Positions 21,137 to 31,689 are shown, counted from the first letter of the stretch. The stretch is 64,000 nucleotides of DNA from Rhodothermales bacterium (GCA_040904565.1 JBBDTI010000061.1:42477-106476); one strand, 5' to 3'. Translations and numbers: made by a program. Notes: a model not told the origin generated them from the sequence alone.

Positions 21137-22633
21137 TCAATTCCTTGTATTTTCTTTAACTACTTCCACTAAAGCTACATAAGATTCATTGCCCGGAGTC
21201 TTTAAGGTTATCATTCCACGGTGCCCCCAGTTTGACCTGTCTCCATCCCATTGAACCCCAAATACCTCTGGTTCCGACCAGGACAACTCTTCAATGTCCA
21301 GCCAGCGGACTCTAACCTGTTCGACATACTTCCACGGGTCAAGGTCGATCATGAAACGGCCTCGCGGGAAATACACGGCATACTTGTTTCCAATATCAGC
21401 CGTAACATAGGCTTCAGCCGCGCTTCGGGCCGCTGCAACCCTGTGGCGTAAAAGATCGTTATGCGGCGAGGCGGAAAAGATATCAAATTCCTCCAGCAGC
21501 ATATCCATGGCCTTGAGATTGGTCTGAACGCGCTCATTCAGCCCCGAACCCCATACTCGCGGCAGGGCAGGACGGTGAAAGCGGCTTGAGGCGCAACCTG
21601 CAAAAATATTGCGCCAAAAACGGTTGATTGCTTCTGTTTCCGTGCCTGCAGAATAGTTTACCCCATCTGCACCGCCGTACACTTTTTCGTTGTTCATCGG
21701 CATCGGATCAGAGGCCAGTTTCTGCCTCCAGTTCATAATATTATCCCAGTGTCCCTGTCCTCTCGCCCCTCTCGAATCCTGGTTATTCTGGGATATTTCC
21801 ACAAAGCTGTAGATATCACGGTATGTCATTGCAGCCCTCACAGAATTGGTGGGATCAAACTGCATGGTGGTCACATACACCTGGCGATCGTGTTCCTGAC
21901 CAGCCTGGGTGACAAACTGTGCCCAATAGTTCTCCCACTGCTCACTCTCGCTGCTCTCATTGTTGATGTTGTAGAGCACATTACCATGACTGAGGCTGAC
22001 CGACAGGAGCTTGTCTATAAACTGCCGTTGATACTGCAACCCTTCCTCATCGTTATTATCGACCGTAGCGTAGAAATCTTCGCGGTCGTCCCAGGCACCT
22101 GTTTCCATATTTATATTATTCTCAGGATTCCACGGATGCTCTTCCCACTCACTCGATCCCAGATCGAACTGATCCCACAGGGAAAGCTGGACGATGATTC
22201 CGCGTTCCTCTGCCTCGCTAAGTAAAAACTCGATACGGTCCCAATACTCATCATTCCACTGGTCGAGCTCGTATATGCCGTCTTCATTCTGCCCGAAGGC
22301 GTAGACGTTGCCTTCATCTCGGTCAGACATCGTATTGCGCACATAATTGCCCCCCACCGATACGAGGAGATCGAGATGATCGGTTAGCTTGTCGCCTGTC
22401 CACTGAAACAGATTATCGTCATCGGTGCCGCCTCGCAACAGAATCGGCTCACCCTCATACTCCCAATACCACGGGTTCTCATCATATGGTTGAATGGGAG
22501 AAGAGGCCAGAGTATCACCAGTTGGTTCATGCCCGGGCGCCTCGGCAGTATCACCAAACAGTACCGTTCCCTCGGGCAGCAAAATAAATAAAGTTAATAT
22601 CAATACCTGGCTTAACGTATTAATAGACATCAT
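21137..22633 (-). CDS. secreted putative glycoside hydrolase-like TIM-barrel protein (low GC)
   Basis: Signal peptide; PWYWEYEGEPILL, GGNYVRNTMSDRD, NVLYNINNE, NNEKVYGG; GC visibly lower than flanks. Confidence 0.7.
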   Translation of the reverse strand: MMSINTLSQVLILTLFILLPEGTVLFGDTAEAPGHEPTGDTLASSPIQPYDENPWYWEYEGEPILLRGGTDDDNLFQWTGDKLTDHLDLLVSVGGNYVRNTMSDRDEGNVYAFGQNEDGIYELDQWNDEYWDRIEFLLSEAEERGIIVQLSLWDQFDLGSSEWEEHPWNPENNINMETGAWDDREDFYATVDNNDEEGLQYQRQFIDKLLSVSLSHGNVLYNINNESSESEQWENYWAQFVTQAGQEHDRQVYVTTMQFDPTNSVRAAMTYRDIYSFVEISQNNQDSRGARGQGHWDNIMNWRQKLASDPMPMNNEKVYGGADGVNYSAGTETEAINRFWRNIFAGCASSRFHRPALPRVWGSGLNERVQTNLKAMDMLLEEFDIFSASPHNDLLRHRVAAARSAAEAYVTADIGNKYAVYFPRGRFMIDLDPWKYVEQVRVRWLDIEELSWSEPEVFGVQWDGDRSNWGHRGMITLKTPGNESYVALVEVVKENTRN

Positions 22634-22791
22634 ATTCGTATTTTTATTAATGATTACTTTATAGCCCAACAAACAAGCAGCAACCACACCGTCTTTTGTT
22701 TTTCACAATATGTGATGCATGGCAAGAGCACTTTGCTAACTGGCATTTTTGACTTTATCCTCATGTCTTTGGGGTGATATTCCGGAAACGA

Positions 22792-23000
22792 TTATTGCAT
22801 CAACAGATTGTTGTTGGCTCTCCACTGAGGATACTCCTGCTCCAACAGTTCACGCGGCCAGGTGCCGTACCAGCGATAACCGATACGACGCTCCCGTTCG
22901 ATCTCCGACAGCTCATACTTGATCACACCATCGCGTCCACTGAAGATCGGCAGGACACGGATCCTCACTTTCTCTCTAATCAGTTTGTACTTCTTTCTAA
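22792..23000 (-). pseudogene. PL10 (PelA-type) pectate lyase, C-terminal remnant
   Basis: PIFSGRDGVIKYELSEIERERRIGYRWYGTWP; bounds approximate. Confidence 0.7.
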
Positions 23001-23077
23001 GCATGGGTAATGGCTTGGGAGTTACTCCGATCCGTGGCCGGGAGAAACGTGCGTCGCGGTTTTTCTCTACAACCATC

Positions 23078-23500
23078 CTACTGCAGTATAGTCGTTGCGC
23101 CAAGCTGGTGCATCAGATCTAGAAGGTTGAAAACAACCCGGCGCTCAACAATCTGACTCTCTGCGATGCGTTCGAGCGTCATCACCGTGACCGCAAACGG
23201 CCTGCCGCTCGGTGGAATATCCAGAAAATCGCCATCGCTATGGACGCCGCTCAGGATGACGTGCGTCGCGACCATATCGCGCTCTGCGATCAGGTGTTCG
23301 ATCTCGAAATGTAGATCGCTAAAAGCAGCCTCCCAACCCTGGATGATGTCCAGAAACGCATCACGGTTCACTGGCTCATCGTTTCCGGGCAGATAGACAA
23401 CGATTTCAGCAGCCGGGATCGCTTTGAGGGTGTCCCGGTCGTTCGCTTCAAAGGCTTCGAAGAACCGGCGGACAATGGCCTTATTTTCCTCGGTTGACAT
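23078..23500 (-). CDS. ester cyclase/SnoaL-like protein (copy 2)
   Basis: Close paralog of 14427-14849; GAGGAG RBS. Confidence 0.9.
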   Translation of the reverse strand: MSTEENKAIVRRFFEAFEANDRDTLKAIPAAEIVVYLPGNDEPVNRDAFLDIIQGWEAAFSDLHFEIEHLIAERDMVATHVILSGVHSDGDFLDIPPSGRPFAVTVMTLERIAESQIVERRVVFNLLDLMHQLGATTILQ

Positions 23501-23645
23501 GGATATTGCTCCTCATGAATCAATAATCGCTGGATGGCCTGGTGATCGAAACGATGCTTGGTGAATCCCGACGGCCAAGTCGGTATCGCCGGACGGCTCG
23601 CCCGACGCCGTGGTATGGCTTTGACTACCCTTTTGGCCGTGACAC

Positions 23646-24509
23646 TTAAGGTGCCAGTCGGCGGATAAACTCCATTGAAAAGGAGGCGGAAGCACTGGAC
23701 ATAGAGGCGAGAACGATCCGAGCAAACGTCCACCGTCTCAAACGTTCACGATCGACTCCGGCATGCTCACTGAAGCGGGCAATCGTTCCGAAGGGATCGC
23801 TCGTTAGCCGCGCTGTACAATTGAGCAGGTGCTGCGTCGTATCATAAGCTGGATCGCCGACGAACGGCTTCGGATCGATGACGAGCCACGGCTCTCGCTC
23901 GGCTCGCAGCACGTTCCCCGCGTGCACATCGGTCGCGAGCAGCACGTCCCGTTCCGATGGCGCCGCAAGCTCTTTCAGTAGGCGTAGCGCCTCATCCAGG
24001 AGACCTCCGTCTTCGAAATCCGCCTTTCTTTCGGCCTCGTCCGACCAGACGATCATCATCTCTTCGAGCGTACGAAATGGGGGGCCCATAGGCGGCTTGC
24101 GCCAGAGACGTCTCAGAAGCCTCGCGATCACTTCGTCTTGCTCATCCTCCGGCAGCTTCCGAAGCGACGTACCTGGTATGCATCGCTCGAGAAGCATCGC
24201 GTTGTGATTCGGATCCGACTCCAGCAGGCGCACGGTCGGGTCGCCGTTCCAGAATCGAAGCCCGTCGATTTCGTCGCGACCTTCAAAGTGTGGCATCCCG
24301 ATTTTCAGAACGGCCGGGCTGCGATCTCTACGAACAACAGGAGCAACCCACGCGCAGCTCACGTCAGGTCCGTCAAACGGTGAGCCTATCGAGATGGACC
24401 ATCGTTCCTGCACATCACGAATCGTCTCCGGCAGTCTCTCCAGCCACTGCTGCTGGCGCGCTTCATTCGAGCAGGCAGAGACGAGCCGTTCCGGTATCGC
24501 GAATGTCAC
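23646..24509 (-). CDS. aminoglycoside/hydroxyurea phosphotransferase, APH(6)/StrB-like
   Basis: AVLKIG, MLLERCIPG, LLATDVHAGNVL, WLVIDPKPFVGDPAYD. Confidence 0.88.
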   Translation of the reverse strand: MTFAIPERLVSACSNEARQQQWLERLPETIRDVQERWSISIGSPFDGPDVSCAWVAPVVRRDRSPAVLKIGMPHFEGRDEIDGLRFWNGDPTVRLLESDPNHNAMLLERCIPGTSLRKLPEDEQDEVIARLLRRLWRKPPMGPPFRTLEEMMIVWSDEAERKADFEDGGLLDEALRLLKELAAPSERDVLLATDVHAGNVLRAEREPWLVIDPKPFVGDPAYDTTQHLLNCTARLTSDPFGTIARFSEHAGVDRERLRRWTFARIVLASMSSASASFSMEFIRRLAP

Positions 24510-25057
24510 CGCCGCACCTCATACGTCAACACCGCAAAGACGTCGCCATGCTGCTTAACGTCAACCAGCCTCAGCGGCGGCGCCGTGATCCGATGTGGCA
24601 GGAGCGGCGCGCCCGATCCGAGCGTGACGGGGGCAACGCTGAGGATGATCTCGTCGAGCAGGCCGTGGGCGTGAAACTGCCCCACCAGGTCACCCCCACC
24701 GACGAGCCAGACGTTCTTGCCGCCCGCTGCCTCCACCATGTCGGCGTGCACGGGTGCGACATCCCCCTGTACGAACCGAATGTCGGCACCATCCACGACC
24801 GGCAGCTTCCGGCTGCTGAATACCCAGGTCGGAATCTCATACGGCCATCTCTCCGGATGCTGGATCATGTTCTCGTGTTCGACCACCCACTCGTAGGTCG
24901 TCGAGCCCATGGCCGCGGCGCCGACCTGTTCTATGAAGCGCGGGTAGTCGTCTTTCATGCTCGGTACCGCTCCAAACTGAAAGAGCCAATCGAGCGAATT
25001 ATCCGCGTCGGCGATATACCCGTCGACGCTCGTTGCCGTGTAGTACTGGGTTTTCAT
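24506..25057 (-). CDS. dihydrofolate reductase/RibD C-terminal family protein
   Basis: YYTATSVDGYIAD, MGSTTYEW, VWLVGGGDL, PVTLGSGAPLL. Confidence 0.9.
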   Translation of the reverse strand: MKTQYYTATSVDGYIADADNSLDWLFQFGAVPSMKDDYPRFIEQVGAAAMGSTTYEWVVEHENMIQHPERWPYEIPTWVFSSRKLPVVDGADIRFVQGDVAPVHADMVEAAGGKNVWLVGGGDLVGQFHAHGLLDEIILSVAPVTLGSGAPLLPHRITAPPLRLVDVKQHGDVFAVLTYEVRR

Positions 25058-25142
25058 CGTTCCAATCGCTCGTATTCGGGGGCATCGTGGCTGCATGACG
25101 CCGGGCTCGGCTTCCGGCAAACCACTAAAGCGGCGTAATTGC

Positions 25143-25463
25143 TCACCGCGGTCCCCACAGGATGATGGCGGCTCCCATCAAGCAGAGGAGTCCGCCGATT
25201 AGATCCCATCGATCCGGTGGTATGCCCTCGACCATAAGAAGCCAGATAATTGACGCGATGATATACACGCCACCGTACGCCGCGTACGCCCGACCCGCGT
25301 ACGCTGAATCCACCTGCGTCAGCGCAAGGGCGAACAGGACGAGGCTGCCGGCTCCCACCCCACCGAGCCAGGCTGCTCGATCGAGACGAATCCACGCCCA
25401 GAATGCAAAACACCCCGCAATCTCAAAAAAAGCGGCGGCAATGTAGAAGAAGACCGTCTGCAT
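25143..25463 (-). CDS. ynfA: YnfA/UPF0060 small membrane protein
   Basis: [36 protein letters not shown]. Confidence 0.92.
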   Translation of the reverse strand: MQTVFFYIAAAFFEIAGCFAFWAWIRLDRAAWLGGVGAGSLVLFALALTQVDSAYAGRAYAAYGGVYIIASIIWLLMVEGIPPDRWDLIGGLLCLMGAAIILWGPR

Positions 25464-25532
25464 GGGGTCTAGTTAGTTGGATTCGATCAACGCCACATTT
25501 CAGTCCAGAATGTACGTATATGCGACGGGCTC

Positions 25533-26369
25533 CTAAAAGAAGAGTGTCTGCCCAAGAAGAACCGCATACGCCAGTGTTACCAGTACCGATATGGATATGA
25601 CCCCCCATCGCCGGCGGATCTCCAGGGGTGGATTCCTCTCTTTCTCGAACATCCTGGCCTGAAACCACTCCGACATCCATAGCAGTGGTGACAGCGCGCC
25701 GGCTACAGCGAAAAGTCCCGCTACCACGGGGAGACTCAGGAATCCGGAAGGGTGAAAAAACCCGGCCAAAACAACGACACCGAGCGACGTCACATAGGAA
25801 ATACTGCCAAGCTTTCTGGCGCGAGGTAGTTGGTCTTCAGCTTCTCCACCGATAAACTTTCCCAGCTCTCGCAACGCCTGCCAGACGAAATACAGAAAGA
25901 GAAGTGAGCCGACAAGGAACATCGCAGATCGCCAGAGCCAATGCGGCTCGAGTCCACGTATTACGACAGACCAGTCACCGATATTGGCAGCACCGGAGAA
26001 CATCCAATATCCGGCACCATAAAGCCAATTCATCAGCATGAAGAGCCAGAAGAAAAATTTGAGCTCCGATGAGCCCGATCTACCGCGGCTCAAGACAAAC
26101 CAAAAAATCGTACCGAGCAACAGATTCGCTATGGAAGCACTACCGGCTTCTACATTCCGCTGCCAATCAGAAACGTGGTTGCAGACGACGTGCAGCGCCG
26201 AGAACTCCCGCAATTCACCCCCGACACCAGCACATGCTGTTGCGTGTACCCCCTCATGAAAGGCCACCGTCAAGCTAATTGCGACCGCGGCGATCGCTGC
26301 AACGGTTAGCCAGTCAAGAGGTGGACCTGTCGCATCTCTATCTTGCATGTGCTCTTCGTCTCCAGTCAT
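25533..26369 (-). CDS. multi-pass membrane protein (possible M50-like HExxH motif)
   Basis: Several TM helices; FHEGVHA; ATGA overlap with the upstream VOC gene. Confidence 0.7.
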   Translation of the reverse strand: MTGDEEHMQDRDATGPPLDWLTVAAIAAVAISLTVAFHEGVHATACAGVGGELREFSALHVVCNHVSDWQRNVEAGSASIANLLLGTIFWFVLSRGRSGSSELKFFFWLFMLMNWLYGAGYWMFSGAANIGDWSVVIRGLEPHWLWRSAMFLVGSLLFLYFVWQALRELGKFIGGEAEDQLPRARKLGSISYVTSLGVVVLAGFFHPSGFLSLPVVAGLFAVAGALSPLLWMSEWFQARMFEKERNPPLEIRRRWGVISISVLVTLAYAVLLGQTLFF

Positions 26370-26740
26370 CTTTTTTCTTCCATGAGCCCAACCAGATTGC
26401 CATCGGGGTCGCGGAGGAAACCGGTCCAAAGTTCATGGTCGGGCATCCTGGCGGCCAGTGCCGGTGCTCGTTCGCTCTCCGCGCCCTGATTGACGAGCGC
26501 AGCGTGGACGGACGTGATGTTCTCGACGGCGAAGTAGAGGATCGAGTTCTTACCTACCTCTCCGGCTCCCTGGGGTGTACTCAGCATCAAGCGAACGCCG
26601 TCCGCATCCAGGAACGCCAGATTCGGTCCAGGACTGAACAGGAAGGTGATGCCCAGAACGTCACGATAGAATTCCAGGGCACGCTCAACGTCACTCACCG
26701 TAATCGAAATCTGTCGGATGGTTGAAAGCTTCGGATCCAT
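26366..26740 (-). CDS. VOC/glyoxalase family protein
   Basis: QISITVSDVERALEFYRDVLG, FLRDPDGNLVGLMEE; GGAGG RBS. Confidence 0.9.
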   Translation of the reverse strand: MDPKLSTIRQISITVSDVERALEFYRDVLGITFLFSPGPNLAFLDADGVRLMLSTPQGAGEVGKNSILYFAVENITSVHAALVNQGAESERAPALAARMPDHELWTGFLRDPDGNLVGLMEEKR

Positions 26741-27268
26741 TCGCGTACCTCCATGGCGTAGATGTCGGGGGTCTTGTTGCCGGCGAGGCGGACCGATCAC
26801 GTCGTCAACCTGCAGTCCGACCGTGGCTTTGGTGTGGTAGTCATTGGCTGTTTAATCGTCAGTGGGTGCGTGCAGACAGGGAGAATGCCCCTTCTCGATT
26901 ATCTCCAGATGGAACGAGCGACGTGCGACCGCCGGCCGGTATCTGTCATCCGCCGTCTAAATCTACAAAAGTGCGGTGCCTTTCACTGGCGGATCCCACG
27001 GACTGATCGCCCCTGCCAGGTCGGACTCCACCGATTTTGCTCCCTCCTTCGATGCCTACGGCATCCCATCAAAGATGTATTGAAGGCTAAAGATGTATCG
27101 CCTGACCGTCGATTGATAATAGCACAGGGGTCGCTGTATCATCCGTGCAGATTGATATGTAGTCTCTCCGGTAGAGCCCTAGCATCCGGCACAATACGTA
27201 GCCCGGTTATATCGCCCGGTATATTCGATCACAGAAATGCGGTCACGTCGGAACCATGAAGAGCAAAC

Positions 27269-28408
27269 ATGGAAAGCCGAATGAAACAGCATACACGTCA
27301 CACCCAGGAATACACCGGGGACGCTCACGTCATATCCGAGATTGTGGGTACGCCCGCGCGACCGATCTGGATGGCCGTCCTGCTCGTGGTTGGACTCTTC
27401 GCCAGCGGCTGTTCCGAAAACCCCGTCGCGGACCAGGCCGATCTAGATGACGACTTCGTGTACGAAAGGTCCATTCCGACCGTCACAAAAGCCATCCTGA
27501 TCCCCGGCACGCAGGACCTGGAAACGATGTTGACGCGGGATGTGGACGGAGCGAGGGCATTGAGCGCAAATACGATCTATGTGTATGCGGACTATTCCTA
27601 CTACGACGGCGACTTTCGTTACACCCACGTGGGACGGTTCGGCGAGACTGCTGAGCAGCAGACGTAGATAGAAGAGCAGATCCTTCGCGTGATCAAACTG
27701 GCAAAACAGTCCGGTTTCGCCGTGCACCTCGCGATCGCCTTCGGTGGCGGCGCAAACTCGGCCTTCGACGTGCCGTTGGATCAGTTTCTTGCAAACGCCA
27801 GAGCGGTGGATCTTAAGTGGGCCGAGATTGGCGAGCAATACAAGGTGGAATCGTTCGCTCCGTCGAGCGAGGTCGACTTTCAGATCTTCCGCGAGTACTA
27901 CAACACCGACTGGGAAGATGAGGCGGCCCATCGAGAGGCCGCCGAGCTGTCGAACGAATACCACGCCGACATCCTGCCCGCGCTTCGGAACGTCTTCAAC
28001 GGCCGCTTGATCTATCAGGCCGGTCTCTACAGTCCGTACCTGGGATCACCGGGGTACGACGTGTTCGGTACCGGCGTCAACTCGGTTGGGGCCGAGCTCG
28101 ATACCTTCGCAGACCTCGTGCTGGAGATCTTCAGCTATGCCCAGACGAACGCCGATCGACAAGGAAGCGATTGGATGGTCACGGAGTTGTGGCTCCCTAC
28201 CGAGAGAAACGGCGAGACCATGTACACGCCGTCGGGCACACCCGTCAGCGAAATCCGACCTGATCTCTTTCGCATCGCGTTCGAAGAATATCAGAAGGTT
28301 ACCGATCGGCCACCGATCGGACTCGGTTACACCTCTGAATACGACGATCGTGAAGGGCGGGACACCGAATCGGAGCAAGTTATTTCGGCGTTTTTTGGGT
28401 CGCTGTGA
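27269..28408 (+). pseudogene. lipoprotein (possible GH-like TIM barrel) split by one in-frame TAG
   Basis: Lipobox FASGC; ORFs 27269-27667 and 27689-28408 share a frame and are separated only by TAG 27665-27667 (QQT*IEEQILRVIK). Confidence 0.7.
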
Positions 28409-28507
28409 GTTGGGAAATTGACTGACGCGTCACTCTTTTCTCGGCAGCAGGAAGGGGAAGAAAGTAGCTGCCGTTCACGGCGGCGTCTGAGCGGTACCTA
28501 CCGTCGT

Positions 28508-29242
28508 TCATCGGCGGATCAAGCTGTTAAACAGCCGAAGAAATGCTATGATCGCCACCACGTTTACGACGAATCCGGCTGCCGCGATTCCTGCGATCGG
28601 CTGACCCGACGCGGACAGCCATACCAGCTTGATCGGCCAGTAGGCCGGCACGACCCCGGCGAATAGCTGCCAGGGCATGGCCACGAAATAGGCGGCGATC
28701 GGAAGCACGTTAATCGTGTTTAGCACCTTCGTGAGCGCGAAGCCCGATACTTTGTTATCCGCCGTGACGGCCAGAAACAGCGCACTGACCGGCCCCGTCA
28801 GCGATCCCATCAGAGCCACGACAAGAAGGTCACCGAACGGAATCGGTGCCAGGCCGGCGATCGGGTATCCGGCCAGCGTCACGACAAATCCCACGACCAG
28901 CGGCGCCGTGATCTTGTATGACAGATACGCTCCGAACGGCATCGGCGTCACGAGCAAGGCCGTCAGGATCCGATCGTCGCGCTCGTCGAGCAGCAGGAAT
29001 CCCGTCACCATCCCAACCATGGATGGCGCCATCACGACGAAACTGCTCATGATGAGCGGATAGTACGGCGTGAGATCGAAATCGAAGCTGCCGGCCAGCC
29101 ACCCCGATAGTGGAGGGACGCCGAAACGGAACAGCAGCGCAATCAGAAAAGGTAGGCCGATCACCCAGGCAAGAAAATCGTCACGCCGGACGTTGCGCAG
29201 ATCCACCGGACCTACCCTCCTGATGATGTCGATTGCCCGCAT
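28508..29242 (-). CDS. ABC-2 type exporter permease
   Basis: Six TM segments; LLLDERDDRILTALLVTP; resembles fluoroquinolone-export Rv2686c-type permeases. Confidence 0.85.
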   Translation of the reverse strand: MRAIDIIRRVGPVDLRNVRRDDFLAWVIGLPFLIALLFRFGVPPLSGWLAGSFDFDLTPYYPLIMSSFVVMAPSMVGMVTGFLLLDERDDRILTALLVTPMPFGAYLSYKITAPLVVGFVVTLAGYPIAGLAPIPFGDLLVVALMGSLTGPVSALFLAVTADNKVSGFALTKVLNTINVLPIAAYFVAMPWQLFAGVVPAYWPIKLVWLSASGQPIAGIAAAGFVVNVVAIIAFLRLFNSLIRR

Positions 29243-29245
29243 AGC

Positions 29246-29959
29246 CTACCTCTCTTGTGCCGATCGTACCGCGAACCACTTAAACCGTCGCCGCGCCCAA
29301 ACAAGGCCAAGGCCCGTCCATACGATCGATCCCCCAATGCCGTATGCGACATCCGGCACACTGCTTCCGGAATACGCCGCCCGCAGAAGTACCATCGCCG
29401 GTTCGAGCGGATGAAGCCAGGTTACTCCCTCGCCCACCATCCCAAAATGGGCCACCAGTGGCAGTATCAAGACGGCCACGGTGACCGCCGACGGCATGAT
29501 CCACTCGTTGATCGAATCGTGGCCGACGACCGAGATGAATCCGGCGAGTACGTAGAGCGCACCCAGAAACAGTGTGCCGGTAATTAGAACGAGGAGATGG
29601 GAGGGGAGGCCGAATAGAAGAATCACGATCAGCAGGCTTTCGACGAGCCCCAACATGCTCAGCGTCACGATCTTCGAAGTTAAATACTCCAGGTCCCGAA
29701 GCGGCGTCACGACGAGCGCCGCGAGCATCCCTTCCGACCGTTCGAGAAGGACCAGCGCACCCATAAAGTAAAAGGTCGTCACGATCAGATTGACGAGTAC
29801 GAAAGCCGGCACCACCACGTCGTCGTCGACCCAGCCCGTCCTAAGAACGAATTTCAGCAATCCGCCCCAGACAAGCACCATCAACAGACTGACCGCGTAG
29901 AATCGGTATCGATTCTGCAGGATCACGTCTCTGCGCAGCGTGGCGGCCAATCGTCTCAC
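29246..29959 (-). CDS. ABC-2 type exporter permease
   Basis: LLERSEGMLAALVVTPLRDLEYLTSK. Confidence 0.85.
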   Translation of the reverse strand: MRRLAATLRRDVILQNRYRFYAVSLLMVLVWGGLLKFVLRTGWVDDDVVVPAFVLVNLIVTTFYFMGALVLLERSEGMLAALVVTPLRDLEYLTSKIVTLSMLGLVESLLIVILLFGLPSHLLVLITGTLFLGALYVLAGFISVVGHDSINEWIMPSAVTVAVLILPLVAHFGMVGEGVTWLHPLEPAMVLLRAAYSGSSVPDVAYGIGGSIVWTGLGLVWARRRFKWFAVRSAQER

Positions 29960-30810
29960 GTCAGCGCGCTCCCCGTCACCTGGATGAAAATCTCTTCCAG
30001 TGTCGCCTCCTGTGTGTGGATCGCCTCGATGGTGCCCGACTTCAGGAGATCGAGGAAGGGACGCTCTTCGGACAGTCCGTCTAGAGCGAATTCATGCTCG
30101 ACCAACCGGCCCTCGCCCCGCGTCTCCACTCGCACGGTCCGCTCACCATATTGCAGCTTCAAGTTGCGAGGCGCCTCGATCAGCGCGATCCGGCCCTCCA
30201 CGAGAAACGCCACGCGATCGCAGAGGTCGTCCGCGGCCACCATGTCGTGCGTCGTGAGAAAAATCGTCGCTCCTTCCTTGCGTTTGCGTCGAATCAGCTC
30301 GCGAACGACGCGGCTCGTACCCGGGTCAAGACCCGCCGTTGGCTCATCAAGGAATAGCAACTTCGGCCTGTGCACCAGTGCCCGGGCCAGGCTGAGCCGC
30401 ACGCGCATCCCCTTTGAGTACTGGGCGACTGGTTTCTCCGCATCTTCGGCCAGTCGCAGATCCTGCAGCAACTCATGCGGGTCCTCCGTCTGCCCCGCAT
30501 ACAGCGAGGCGAAGTAGCGAAGATTCTCCAGAGCAGTGAGCTTGAGATAGTGGTTCGGAAATTCGAACGCTATGCCGACATGCTCGTAGAGCTCCGGCCC
30601 CCACACATCGAGGTCCTGGCCGAGAACGCGCACGCTGCCGCGGTAGTCGCGCAGCAGGCCGATTAAGATGTTCTGCGTCGTGCTTTTCCCGGCGCCGCTC
30701 GGCCCCAGGAAACCGAATATCTCTCCGTCTTCGACGTCGAAATCGATTCCATCCACGGCGGGCCGATGGCCTTCACCGTACGTGTAAGAAAGCGCATCGA
30801 CACTGATCAT
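29956..30810 (-). CDS. ABC exporter ATP-binding protein
   Basis: GPSGAGKST Walker A, YSKGM signature, LFLDEPT Walker B. Confidence 0.93.
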   Translation of the reverse strand: MISVDALSYTYGEGHRPAVDGIDFDVEDGEIFGFLGPSGAGKSTTQNILIGLLRDYRGSVRVLGQDLDVWGPELYEHVGIAFEFPNHYLKLTALENLRYFASLYAGQTEDPHELLQDLRLAEDAEKPVAQYSKGMRVRLSLARALVHRPKLLFLDEPTAGLDPGTSRVVRELIRRKRKEGATIFLTTHDMVAADDLCDRVAFLVEGRIALIEAPRNLKLQYGERTVRVETRGEGRLVEHEFALDGLSEERPFLDLLKSGTIEAIHTQEATLEEIFIQVTGSALT

Positions 30811-31098
30811 GGGGGTGAATCGGATTAAGGAGCCGTGCGGCAAAAGCATTCCGAAAAACAGCGACAAACGTGAGAACGACGGACGTCTTCTGCCGCAGTC
30901 TAGACGCGCGGTGTACTCTCATGAGCCCTACATCGATGATAACGTGCCAGGGGGTATATCGGACGGCGCTTGGCGGCGCCGTATCTACGTCATTCAAGCA
31001 CCGGCAATGTAGATGCCTGGTTCGGACTTCGGCAAGTCGCTCTAGCGGCATCCGCCGCAGGGCTGCATTCAGGCGCTGGGTATGCGTAGCACAACAAT

Positions 31099-31218
31099 AT
31101 GTCCTACTTATATAGGACATAAACCAGCTTTACCGTCCTATCTTAATAGGACACAAGAAACCATATTGTCCTATAATAGTAGGTCATATTAAATCCGAAC
31201 GTACTATTATAATAGGAC
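31099..31218. promoter_or_regulatory. four 18-bp palindromic operator-like sites GTCCTA-N6-TAGGAC
   Basis: 31101 gtcctacttatataggac; 31135 gtcctatcttaataggac; 31168 gtcctataatagtaggtc; 31201 gtactattataataggac; periods 34, 33, 33 bp; AT-rich; directly upstream of an HTH gene. Confidence 0.85.
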
Positions 31219-31224
31219 GAGACG

Positions 31225-31689
31225 GTGATGAGCAAGATGGATGACCTGCGCATCCGTCAACTTGACGCGGCGCTAAATGAATATGCCCCCCTTCGGAACA
31301 GGCCTGTACCTGACGACGGTTGGCTTAGGACTATTCGCGATGCCCTCGGTATGTCCGTTCGTCAGCTGGCGGCTCGTACCGGAATGTCTAAGACTAGCGT
31401 GAACAACGCCGAGCACACAGAACGCAGAGGAACGGTACAGCTGGATACGCTGCGTCGCATCGCCGACGGTCTTGACTGCGACCTGGTTTATGCAATCGTC
31501 CCGAGGCGTTCCCTGCTGCATACGTTGGAGTGTCAGGCCGAGCGCATTGCCATGGAACTCGTCGGCCGCGTATCAGAATCGATGGAGCTGGAAGAGCAAG
31601 GCGTATCAGACGACGAAAGCTGCCGACAATTAGAAACATTGGCAGCAGAGATTCTAAGGGATCGCGGCCGCGATTATTGGGATGTTTGA
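31225..31689 (+). CDS. mobile mystery protein A (XRE-family HTH)
   Basis: PDDGWLRTIRDALGMSVRQLAARTG, TLRRIADGLDCDLVYAIVP, SMELEEQGV. Confidence 0.9.
   Translation: MMSKMDDLRIRQLDAALNEYAPLRNRPVPDDGWLRTIRDALGMSVRQLAARTGMSKTSVNNAEHTERRGTVQLDTLRRIADGLDCDLVYAIVPRRSLLHTLECQAERIAMELVGRVSESMELEEQGVSDDESCRQLETLAAEILRDRGRDYWDV

Noticed and set aside
28508-30810. ABC exporter as the transporter of the RiPP cluster
   Set aside because: More than 10 kb away, separated by unrelated genes, and has no peptidase domain
31099-31218. Mini CRISPR array
   Set aside because: Units are 18 bp with variable centres and only 15-16 bp between them, and there are no cas genes; fits operator sites
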